Assembly: GCA_900763885.1 (NCBI GenBank)
Contig: CAAFLY010000061.1
Span: 10,553-74,552 of the forward strand
Direction: 5' to 3'
Length of the DNA stretch: 64,000 bases
Source: Clostridia bacterium
Lineage (GTDB): Bacteria; Bacillota; Clostridia; Oscillospirales; CAG-272
The notes below the pieces were generated by a model. That model was not told the origin of the DNA, did no database searches, and saw only the letters and a program-made list of their open reading frames with translations. The translations under genes and the position numbers were made by a program. Below, piece after piece: positions 37,781-46,343 of this stretch (position 1 is the first letter of the stretch; each line of letters starts with the position of its first letter).

Positions 37781-38308
37781 ATGGCAATGGAAAAGTATCT
37801 CGAATGCGCGAAAATCGTCGGGACACACGGCGTGCGCGGCATGGTGCGGGCGGAATGCTACTGCAATACTCCGGCGGCTCTGGCGAAGCTGAAGCGTGTA
37901 TATATAAAGGAGAGATCCGGTGAATACCGGGAAACAAAGGTGCTGCGCGGCGCGGTGCAGAAGACGATGGTCCTCTTTGCACTCGATGGTGTGGACACTC
38001 TGGAAGCGGCGATCCCCCTGAAGGGAACGATCCTGTACGCCGACCGCGCGGATTTTCGTCTCCGTCCGGGAGAGGTGTTCATCGCGGACCTTATCGGGCT
38101 GCCCGTGATCGACAACGACAGCGGCGAGAGCTACGGTACGCTCTCCGACATCACCACCGCCGGCGTACAGGAGCTGTATGTGGTGGAAACGGAGGGCGGT
38201 GCGCGCTTTATGATCCCCGGCGTACCTGCGTTTATCAAGCGGCGCGTCACAGAGGGCGAGGATGCCGGGATCTACGTCACACTGATTGAGGGGATGCGCG
38301 AGGTATGA
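37781..38308 (+). CDS. rimM: ribosome maturation factor RimM
   Basis: KIVGTHGVRGMVR... and the PRC-barrel C-terminus. The stop overlaps the trmD start (ATGA). Confidence 0.85.
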   Translation: MAMEKYLECAKIVGTHGVRGMVRAECYCNTPAALAKLKRVYIKERSGEYRETKVLRGAVQKTMVLFALDGVDTLEAAIPLKGTILYADRADFRLRPGEVFIADLIGLPVIDNDSGESYGTLSDITTAGVQELYVVETEGGARFMIPGVPAFIKRRVTEGEDAGIYVTLIEGMREV

Positions 38309-39084
38309 GGATCGACATCATGACCCTGTTCCCGGAATTTGTGGATACGGTGCTTGCGGAGAGCATTATCGGCAGGGCACGCAAAAAGGGCATTCTCGAT
38401 ATCCGCACGTGGCAGATCCGCGATTATTCCAGAGACAAGCATCGGCGCGTGGACGATACACCGTATGGCGGCGGCAAGGGAATGCTCATGGCTGCCCCGC
38501 CGATCTACCGCTGCTACGAGGCGGTCATGGCGGACACAAACCGCGCGCCGGACGAGAGGGAGGTACCGGATCCTGCGCTTGATCTTTTGCCGGATACGAC
38601 GCTCGACGATCGCGCATCTCCCGTAAAGGATCCCGGCACATACGTTGTCTATATGTCCCCGCGCGGTCGGGTGCTGGACGAAACCATGGCGCGTCGGCTT
38701 GCGGGATACGACAGGCTCATCGTCCTGTGCGGCCATTATGAGGGCGTGGATGAGCGGATCATTGAGGAGATCGTGGATGAAGAGATCTCCATCGGCGATT
38801 ACGTGCTGACCGGGGGAGAGCTGCCCGCGTGCATCCTGTGCGATGTGGTGGGACGGCTCGTGGACGGTGTGCTGGCGGCTCCCGAATGCTATGAGGAGGA
38901 GAGCTTCTCCGGCGACGAGGGACTGCTCGAATATCCCCAGTACACGCGCCCGGTCCGCTTCCGCGGCAGAGAGGTGCCGGAAGTCCTCACCTCCGGTCAT
39001 CACGCGAACATTATGGCGTGGCGGCATGAGCGGTCGATGGAGCTGACCCAAAAACGGCGGCCGGATCTCTTGGAGAAGAAATAG
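38305..39084 (+). CDS. trmD: tRNA (guanine37-N1)-methyltransferase
   Basis: MRIDIMTLFPEF, VDDTPYGGGKGM, LVCGHYEGVDER and IGDYVLTGGELPA are TrmD signatures. Confidence 0.9.
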   Translation: MRIDIMTLFPEFVDTVLAESIIGRARKKGILDIRTWQIRDYSRDKHRRVDDTPYGGGKGMLMAAPPIYRCYEAVMADTNRAPDEREVPDPALDLLPDTTLDDRASPVKDPGTYVVYMSPRGRVLDETMARRLAGYDRLIVLCGHYEGVDERIIEEIVDEEISIGDYVLTGGELPACILCDVVGRLVDGVLAAPECYEEESFSGDEGLLEYPQYTRPVRFRGREVPEVLTSGHHANIMAWRHERSMELTQKRRPDLLEKK

Positions 39085-39087
39085 CCG

Positions 39088-39651
39088 TCACGCCCATCCG
39101 AGATAGTCGAAAATGCCGTTTGCGATCCCGTTTGCGATCCGATACGGCTCCGTTGCCATGAGATACGCTTCCCCGGCGTTCGTGATAAAGCCGATCTCCA
39201 GGAGAACCGCGGGCATCCGGGTCTTGCGCAGAACATAGAGCGTCGGACGGGCGAATACCCCGCGATCCGCGAATCCCACAGCGGCAGTCATCCGGGCAAG
39301 AATATTCCCGGCAAGAACCGCCGCACTGCTGCCCAATCGGTAGACGTAGGCCTCCGAACCGTTTGCCGACGGACTGACGGACGCGTTGGTGTGCAGGCTG
39401 ATGAAATAATCCGCGCCCCAGCTGTTTGCGTCGTTGACACGGGCGGCAAGAGAGGTGGCGGTGGATGTGCCGAGCTGCGTGGTCGGGGTCGGACGGGACA
39501 GGCGCGTCTCTATGCCGGCGGAGGTCAGGATCTCGGACAGTGCCACGCCGACCGCAAAGACAATATCCTGCTCCTGGTACCCGTTTCCCTCGGCTCCGGC
39601 GTTCGGATTGACGGGATTGTGTCCCTGATCGATGTAAATTCTGATAGCCAT
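39088..39651 (-). CDS. N-acetylmuramoyl-L-alanine amidase (Amidase_3 family)
   Basis: Start MAIRIYIDQGHNP with a GGAGG RBS. ISLHTNA and LLEIGFITN zinc-amidase motifs. No signal peptide. Confidence 0.8.
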   Translation of the reverse strand: MAIRIYIDQGHNPVNPNAGAEGNGYQEQDIVFAVGVALSEILTSAGIETRLSRPTPTTQLGTSTATSLAARVNDANSWGADYFISLHTNASVSPSANGSEAYVYRLGSSAAVLAGNILARMTAAVGFADRGVFARPTLYVLRKTRMPAVLLEIGFITNAGEAYLMATEPYRIANGIANGIFDYLGWA

Positions 39652-39718
39652 ATGCGCCTCCGTAGATTGTGTCTTCCCTGACAGGATATGCACGACACGC
39701 GCGGGCGGTATCCATCCT

Positions 39719-40444
39719 ATGAAAGAACTGCAGAAAATTTTAGGCTCCGTGCGCCGCGCCGTTTCCCATTACGATATGCTGCGGGACGGCGATTCCGTGG
39801 CGATCGGGTTATCCGGCGGCAAGGATTCGCTGGCGCTGCTCGTATCGCTCGCGGCATTGCGGCGGTTTTACGAGAAACCATACACCCTCTCCGCCGTGAC
39901 GGTGCTTCCCGGATTTCCCGGACAGACCGCGACGGCGCTTTCCGCGGTGCGTTCCCTCTGCGACAGCTGGGAGGTTCCGCTATATGTCGTGGAAACGGAG
40001 ATCGCCCGGATCGTGTTCGATGCGCGGAGGGAGAAGAATCCCTGCTCCCTCTGTGCCAACCTGCGGCGGGGCGCGCTCTGCCGGAAATGCGTGGAGATCG
40101 GCGCGAATACCCTGGCACTCGGCCATCACCGGGACGACGTGGTGGAGACGTTCATGATGAATCTTCTCGAAACCGGGCGGCTCGGCTGTTTTATGCCGGT
40201 CACGGTTTATCCCGACAGCGGAATGCGTGTGATCCGGCCGCTTGTCTACACGGAGGAATGCGATATTCGCTCCCTTGTGCGCGCCATGGATTTGCCGGTA
40301 TACCAAAATCCCTGTCCCGTCGATGGGGAAACAAACCGCGCGAAAATTGAGGATTATCTCCGCTCCTACGGCGGCAAACGGGAACTGTACCAGAAGATCC
40401 TCGCCGCCCTGGAGAATAGCGGGATCGATGGATGGCATGACTGA
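39719..40444 (+). CDS. PP-loop ATP pyrophosphatase, TtcA-like tRNA thiolation enzyme
   Basis: SGGKDS PP-loop, CSLCANLRRG and GHHRDD motifs. Confidence 0.75.
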   Translation: MKELQKILGSVRRAVSHYDMLRDGDSVAIGLSGGKDSLALLVSLAALRRFYEKPYTLSAVTVLPGFPGQTATALSAVRSLCDSWEVPLYVVETEIARIVFDARREKNPCSLCANLRRGALCRKCVEIGANTLALGHHRDDVVETFMMNLLETGRLGCFMPVTVYPDSGMRVIRPLVYTEECDIRSLVRAMDLPVYQNPCPVDGETNRAKIEDYLRSYGGKRELYQKILAALENSGIDGWHD

Positions 40445-40577
40445 CGTGATGCGGCATGGGAATGTTTGCCTGTGTTTCAAAAAATAACAGCGACAAAAAT
40501 ACGCGGGAAAACGGGAACATTTTCGTTTTTCGCGCGTCTTAGTAATGAGTAGAAAACCGCACCTTGGAGAGAGTAAC

Positions 40578-41576
40578 ATGAATGCAGAAAAAACATGGGA
40601 TGTAAAGTCGGGAAAACCGGAGAAACGACCGCCTGAGGCGAAAGCGAAGAAAAAACGGGTGACTCCGGAGCCGGACAAGCCGAAAAAGCCGACCCGGCGA
40701 TTCGGCAAAACAAAGCGGGAGATCGCGGATATGTTCCGCACCATGCCGTTTATGATCCCGAGCGTCTGCGGCGTGCTGCTCTTTTTTATCCTGCCGTTTT
40801 TCGTCGTGATCTATTACGCCGTGATCGACAGCAATACGACCGCCAACTTCGTCGGGATCGAGAATTTCACGAAGCTCTTCCACAACGCGGCGTTCAAGCT
40901 GGCATTGAAGAACACGGGTACCTTCTCCCTGACCGCCGTACCGTTTGCCGTGGTGCTGTCGCTGGCACTGGCGGTGCTGCTGGACCGGGACCTGCCGATG
41001 AAAAGCATCTTCCGTACGATATTTCTTTCTCCCATGATCGTGCCTGCCGCGTCCATCATCTTAATCTGGCAGGTCATATTCGACTACAACGGACTGATCA
41101 ACGAGATCACCGCACTGTTTGGCGCGGCGCCGGTCGAATGGCTCAAATCCGACTACGGCTATCTCGTTGTGGTGCTGCTGTTTCTCTGGAAGAATATCGG
41201 CTACAACATGATCATGTTCATGTCCGCGCTGGCGGCGATCCCGAAGGACATCATCGAGGTCGCCATGCTCGACGGCTGCAGCCCGGTACAGCGGTTTTTC
41301 AAGATCAAGCTCCGGTATCTGGCCTCTACGATTACATATGTAACGATCATGTCGCTCATCAACTCATTCAAGGTGTTCCGCGAGGTGTTCCTGCTCGTAG
41401 GCAGCTATCCCTACGACTCCATGTACACCCTGCAGCACTTTATGAACAACACATTCAAAGGCTTTGACTACCAGAAGCTGTCCGCCGCCGCCATCGTGCT
41501 TTGTCTCATCATGATCGTGGTCATCGGCATTCTGCTCTGGACGGACAACCGCGTCGGGAGGGATATTGAAGAATGA
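40578..41576 (+). CDS. carbohydrate-type ABC transporter permease (MalF/BPD_transp_1-like) with basic N-terminal tail
   Basis: ATG at 40578 with a GGAGAGAG RBS. Six TM segments and the EAA-like loop (IEVAMLDGCSPVQRFFKIKL). The first ~55 aa are K/P/R-rich. Confidence 0.8.
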   Translation: MNAEKTWDVKSGKPEKRPPEAKAKKKRVTPEPDKPKKPTRRFGKTKREIADMFRTMPFMIPSVCGVLLFFILPFFVVIYYAVIDSNTTANFVGIENFTKLFHNAAFKLALKNTGTFSLTAVPFAVVLSLALAVLLDRDLPMKSIFRTIFLSPMIVPAASIILIWQVIFDYNGLINEITALFGAAPVEWLKSDYGYLVVVLLFLWKNIGYNMIMFMSALAAIPKDIIEVAMLDGCSPVQRFFKIKLRYLASTITYVTIMSLINSFKVFREVFLLVGSYPYDSMYTLQHFMNNTFKGFDYQKLSAAAIVLCLIMIVVIGILLWTDNRVGRDIEE

Positions 41577-42580
41577 CGAATACCGAAAAAAAGCCTCTCG
41601 CGCCGGTCGCAAACGTTTCTCCGCCGCCCAAAAGAAAGCCGACCAAGGAAATGCGCGCCGCACGCCGGGTGCATCGACGGAAAATTGCCAAGCGCGCGCT
41701 CTTATTGACGATCACGATGGTGATCCTGCTCTCGTTTGCGGTGCTGTTTTTGTTCCCGACCGTGTTCACCGTCACCAACTCCTTTATGTCCACCACGGAG
41801 ATCAGCGCGAACTACGGCAAGATCTTCTCCGGGCTTGGCGTATCGGGCAGCGGCTCGACCGGGCGGGTATACATCGGCGAGCGGGTGAACCTGCAGCTGA
41901 TCCCGGATAAGGTGAGCTTCTCGCAGTATTCGACGGTGCTGTTCAAAAGCCCGGAATACCTCATCAAATTCTGGAACTCCGTGTTCTACGTGCTGCCGAT
42001 CGTGCTGTTCCAGCTGGTCGTGGCGGCGGGCGCGTCGTATGCGTTTGCCCGCGTGGAGACGAAATTCCGCTCGATCTGCTTTTTTGCCTACATTATATTG
42101 ATGCTGATGCCGTATCAGGTCACGCTTGTGCCGAACTACATCGTGGACAACGCGCTCGGCATCCTCAACACGCGATGGGCGATCATCCTGCCCGGTATTT
42201 TCTCCCCGTTCAGCGTGTTCATTCTCACGAAATACATGCGCCGGATCCCGTCCGCCATGGTGGAAGCCGCGGAACTGGACGGGGCGGGCGAATTCGATAT
42301 TTTTCTGAAGATCTTCATGCCGCTGTCCCGACCGACCCTGTACTCGGTGGCGATTTTGGTATTCATCGACTACTGGAACATGGTGGAGCAGCCGCTGATC
42401 CTTTTGACCGACGCGGAGATGTATCCGCTCTCCGTCTTTCTGTCGCAGATCAACCAGGGGGACACCGGCATAGCGCTGGCGATCGCCGTTATCTATATGG
42501 TGCCGCCGGTCCTGCTCTTCCTCTACAGTGAGGATTACCTCATCGACGGTATCTCCTATTCCGCGTCCGTGAAGGGCTGA
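41573..42580 (+). CDS. carbohydrate-type ABC transporter permease (MalG-like) with basic N-terminal tail
   Basis: ATGA overlap with the upstream permease. EAA loop MVEAAELDGAGEFDIFLKIFMP. The N-terminal ~45 aa are P/K/R-rich. Confidence 0.8.
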   Translation: MTNTEKKPLAPVANVSPPPKRKPTKEMRAARRVHRRKIAKRALLLTITMVILLSFAVLFLFPTVFTVTNSFMSTTEISANYGKIFSGLGVSGSGSTGRVYIGERVNLQLIPDKVSFSQYSTVLFKSPEYLIKFWNSVFYVLPIVLFQLVVAAGASYAFARVETKFRSICFFAYIILMLMPYQVTLVPNYIVDNALGILNTRWAIILPGIFSPFSVFILTKYMRRIPSAMVEAAELDGAGEFDIFLKIFMPLSRPTLYSVAILVFIDYWNMVEQPLILLTDAEMYPLSVFLSQINQGDTGIALAIAVIYMVPPVLLFLYSEDYLIDGISYSASVKG

Positions 42581-42639
42581 GCGCGGCGGAAAAGCACGCA
42601 TCCAAAACCTATTTGATATACAAATTCGGAGGACAAATC

Positions 42640-45078
42640 ATGAACGGAACATCCCGCAGAGCATGGGTCAAGAACGCCGCGATCGTTTTTCTGATCGTAC
42701 TGCTGCTGCTCACCTTCTTTTCCAACACGATTCTGAACTATTCGCTGCCGGAGGTATCGGTGCAGTACGCAAGCTACGACAGCATCACGAACGCCATCAA
42801 GGTATCCGGCACCGTCAAGGCGAACGAGAGCTATGTCGTGACCTATGACGAAGCGGACAAGGACAGCAACACGACGGAGGTGGGTCAGACGCGCAAGATC
42901 GTGTCCGTATACGTCAAGCAGGGCACGGTGGTTGCCATCGGCGATCCCATCATCGCACTGAAGGGCGGCGCGACCAAGGAGCTGGAGGAAGCGGAAAAGA
43001 GCCTGCGCGATCTGGAAAAGCAGTATGCGCTGGACAAGATCACGGACACCATCAACGATCTGACCTCCGACAAGAGCAAAACGGAGAACGAGCGCACGCT
43101 GGCGGACTACTATAAGCAGCTTAGCAACAAAAAGGAGCTGTACAGCAAGCTCCTTGCCGGTACCGATCCGACCGAGACCCTGAAGGCGCAGAAGAAGGCG
43201 CAGGAAAAGGAAATCGCCGCGATCCAGAAGCAGATCGACGAGATCAACACGCGCATTACGGAGATCAAGGGCAAGATCAGCGCCGCCGAGGGCAATATCG
43301 TGGAGGATTACTCCGGCAAGTCCCTGGCCGAGCGGTACAACGCTGCCAAGCAGAACTATGAGGTGCTGCAGGGAGAATACGATACGCTGACGGCGCGGGT
43401 GAAGGAGCTGAAAGGCAATTCGGAGAATCTGTCTGAAGTTTCCGAGGAGGTCAAAAAGGCGTATGCGATCAGTCAAGAAATCGACAAGCTGAATGAGACG
43501 ATTGCTGATTTAAGGTTACAGTTAAAGAGACTTCTGGAGGACAATGGTATCAGTCAGGAAGAACTCAATGATAAACAAAAAGCGTACGAACGTGCAAAAG
43601 CCGAATATGACGCTTTTATTGCCAACACAAACAATTGTTACACATTGTATTTAGGCGAACTTGAGAATAGAGATAGACTACAACGGGCATATGATGAAGC
43701 TGTTGCGGAATTCGAACATCATAAAAATTGTGAAAATGAAAACGATCATAATCTGGATGAGTTAAATGAAAAAGTAATAAATGCCAAAGCTGATCTTGAC
43801 GGTGTATCGACAGAATACATCGAGAGGTACGAAAAGATAAATTCAGAATATGAAAGTGCTAAGAAAAAGTATGAGGATGCAAAAAATGGCTCATATTCAG
43901 ATAACACGTCTGTAAAAAGACAGATTGAGGATTTGAATAAACAAATTGCAACTGCTCAAGAACAGATTTCACAAGACTATGAAAAACTCAAAATTCTTGG
44001 AATGCCTAAGATCGATGACCTCACCGATTATTACATCAACAACCAAGACGAAAGCACGAAAAAGGAATACAACAAATTAAAAGCGCAGCTGGATGAGATC
44101 ACCACCGATTACGAAAAGGCGAAGACGGAGTATGAATCGCTCCAAAAGCAGATGAACAGCACCGGGACCATCTCGGACAACAAGGCGCTGCTTGAGACCT
44201 TTACACGCGACCTCCAGTCCTATACCGACAAAAAGGAAGCCGCGGACGAGATCCTGAAGGACATCGAGGAGGATCTCCAGGCCGCGCAGACCGAGAACAA
44301 CAAGAAGCCGGAGGAGGTCGAGAACGAGATCACCAAGCTGCAGAACGACATCACCACGCTCGAGAAGCAGATGAAGATCGACTCCGCCACCGAAAGCAAG
44401 AACGACGTGGAGTCGAAATACACCCGCGAGGATCAGGTCAAGCAGATCGAGGAGCTGAAGAAAAAGATCGAGACGATCAAGGCAGCCCCCGAGGAAACGC
44501 TCGTCACCGCCCCTATCGCCGGCAAGATCGTCTCCATCGATTTCGTACCGGGCAACTCCATCACAAGCGGCGCGGAGGTGGCGCGGATCGAGGTCGCGGA
44601 CAAGGGCTACATATGCGAGGTCTCCATGACCACCGAGCAGGCGCGCAAGGTACAGATCGGCGCGGAATGCTCCATCGTCAACTCGTGGTGGTACAGCGAC
44701 GTCAAGGCAAGCGTGTCCCAGATCCGCAGCGATCCGCAGAGCCAGGGACAGAAGAAGATCGTCGTGATCACCGTAACGGGCGACGTATCCGAGGGACAGA
44801 CCCTCAACTTCTCCATCGGCGACCGCAGCCAGTCCTACGAATCCGTCCTGCCGAAAACCGCGCTCCGTGAGGATAAGGAGGGCAAGTTCGTCCTTGTCGT
44901 GGAATCGAAGTCCACGCCGCTCGGTGTGCGCTATAAGGCGGTCCGCTACAATGTAGAGGTCGTCGCGTCCGACGATACCAAGTGCGCGGTATCCGGTCTC
45001 TACGGCAACGAATCCATCATCACCACCTCCACCTCCCCGATCAGCGACGGACAGCAGGTTCGTCTGGCGGAGAAGTAA
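42640..45078 (+). CDS. HlyD/membrane-fusion-protein-like adaptor with a very long coiled coil
   Basis: ATG at 42640 with a GGAGGA RBS and an N-terminal TM. Split lipoyl-like halves (VKQGTVVAIGDPIIAL near aa 100; LVTAPIAGKIVSIDFVPGNSITSG near aa 620) plus a C-terminal beta-barrel region. Roughly 510 heptad-rich residues lie between the halves. Confidence 0.7.
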   Translation: MNGTSRRAWVKNAAIVFLIVLLLLTFFSNTILNYSLPEVSVQYASYDSITNAIKVSGTVKANESYVVTYDEADKDSNTTEVGQTRKIVSVYVKQGTVVAIGDPIIALKGGATKELEEAEKSLRDLEKQYALDKITDTINDLTSDKSKTENERTLADYYKQLSNKKELYSKLLAGTDPTETLKAQKKAQEKEIAAIQKQIDEINTRITEIKGKISAAEGNIVEDYSGKSLAERYNAAKQNYEVLQGEYDTLTARVKELKGNSENLSEVSEEVKKAYAISQEIDKLNETIADLRLQLKRLLEDNGISQEELNDKQKAYERAKAEYDAFIANTNNCYTLYLGELENRDRLQRAYDEAVAEFEHHKNCENENDHNLDELNEKVINAKADLDGVSTEYIERYEKINSEYESAKKKYEDAKNGSYSDNTSVKRQIEDLNKQIATAQEQISQDYEKLKILGMPKIDDLTDYYINNQDESTKKEYNKLKAQLDEITTDYEKAKTEYESLQKQMNSTGTISDNKALLETFTRDLQSYTDKKEAADEILKDIEEDLQAAQTENNKKPEEVENEITKLQNDITTLEKQMKIDSATESKNDVESKYTREDQVKQIEELKKKIETIKAAPEETLVTAPIAGKIVSIDFVPGNSITSGAEVARIEVADKGYICEVSMTTEQARKVQIGAECSIVNSWWYSDVKASVSQIRSDPQSQGQKKIVVITVTGDVSEGQTLNFSIGDRSQSYESVLPKTALREDKEGKFVLVVESKSTPLGVRYKAVRYNVEVVASDDTKCAVSGLYGNESIITTSTSPISDGQQVRLAEK

Positions 45079-45096
45079 GAGCCGGGAGAGACGGAC

Positions 45097-46218
45097 ATGA
45101 AAATGAAAATCTCCCGAAAATGGATAACGGCGGCGGTGATCTGCGCGGCGGTGATGCTTGTATTCCTGGCGTTCGCCGGGATCTGCGAGATGATCTCGCG
45201 CGGCATGACGGCGGACATCAAGGAGCTGGACGCCGGAGCCCGCTGGACCAGCGACGGTTCACCCTACGCCACGATCGCCCTGTACACCGATACGGCGACG
45301 GCATTCGACCGCAGCACCGTCGAGAGATACGCCTACGCCATCACAAACGCGCTGCTCACCGCGTCCATCGATTCCCCGGAGGGCGGCAGCATATGGACCT
45401 ATTCGTACTACGGAGAGCAATCCACAAGCGTCACCGGCCCCAAGGGCTCCTCCGCGGCGGAGATGCAGTTTGTCGGCGGCAGCTACTTCACGTTCCATCC
45501 GCTGCGCTTCCTCTACGGCGCGCCGTTTTCCTACGATTCCACCCTGCCCGACGGCGTGGTGATCGACGAGGATTTGGCGTGGCGTGTGTTCGGTGCCATC
45601 GACGTGATCGGCATGGAGCTGACCTGGAACGGCCGCTCGTTCACGGTCTGCGGCATCGTACAAAAGGAACGGGACACCGAGGCATACAAGAAGGCGTACG
45701 GCAGCACCGGACGGATCTACATGAGCTACTACGGCTACGAAATGGCGGGCGGCGACACCCAGTCGATCACGGCGTTTGAGGCGACGATCCCGAACGCGGT
45801 CAAATCCTTTGCGATCAACCTCTTCAAGGGCGCCGTCACCGTCAACGAGGACACGATGGTGCTCTACGAAAACTCCGACCGCTACTCCTTTGCCAATCGG
45901 TTCAAGCGCATCAAAACGCTGCCGTATCAGGGAATGCGCACGGAGCGGATCATCTATCCGTATTACGAAAACGAGCTGTGCGTCCTCGACTTTGAAACCG
46001 GGATCTGGATGGTTGTCGAGGTCGTCATGCTCGGCATTGCCGCCGTCGGACTGATTGGCGCGATCTTCTGCGTGTCACACAGCGGATTCTCACCGACAAT
46101 ACTCGTGAAAAACGGGTTCCGGAAGGCGGAGGACGCGTTCGACAGGAAACGGGAAGCACGCTGGAAGAAGAAAAACAAAGGCAAAAATCTACCGCCCGAT
46201 CCGCTCGCAGGACTGTAG
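45097..46218 (+). CDS. bitopic membrane protein with a MacB-type periplasmic core domain, no FtsX domain
   Basis: N-terminal TM, then a region like the MacB_PCD consensus (VVIDEDLAWRVFGAIDVIGMELTWNGRSFTVCGIV), then one C-terminal TM and a basic tail. The four-helix FtsX bundle is absent. Confidence 0.5.
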   Translation: MKMKISRKWITAAVICAAVMLVFLAFAGICEMISRGMTADIKELDAGARWTSDGSPYATIALYTDTATAFDRSTVERYAYAITNALLTASIDSPEGGSIWTYSYYGEQSTSVTGPKGSSAAEMQFVGGSYFTFHPLRFLYGAPFSYDSTLPDGVVIDEDLAWRVFGAIDVIGMELTWNGRSFTVCGIVQKERDTEAYKKAYGSTGRIYMSYYGYEMAGGDTQSITAFEATIPNAVKSFAINLFKGAVTVNEDTMVLYENSDRYSFANRFKRIKTLPYQGMRTERIIYPYYENELCVLDFETGIWMVVEVVMLGIAAVGLIGAIFCVSHSGFSPTILVKNGFRKAEDAFDRKREARWKKKNKGKNLPPDPLAGL

Positions 46219-46343
46219 GGCACGGATTTGCATTGGGAACAGCAGGGAAATTTCACGTGTATAAGCGTATGCGCGGAACTTTCCTGCGTTTCCGTCGTCT
46301 AAGAGCATAGAAAGCAGACAGCACTCATAAGGAGGAAAATCCT

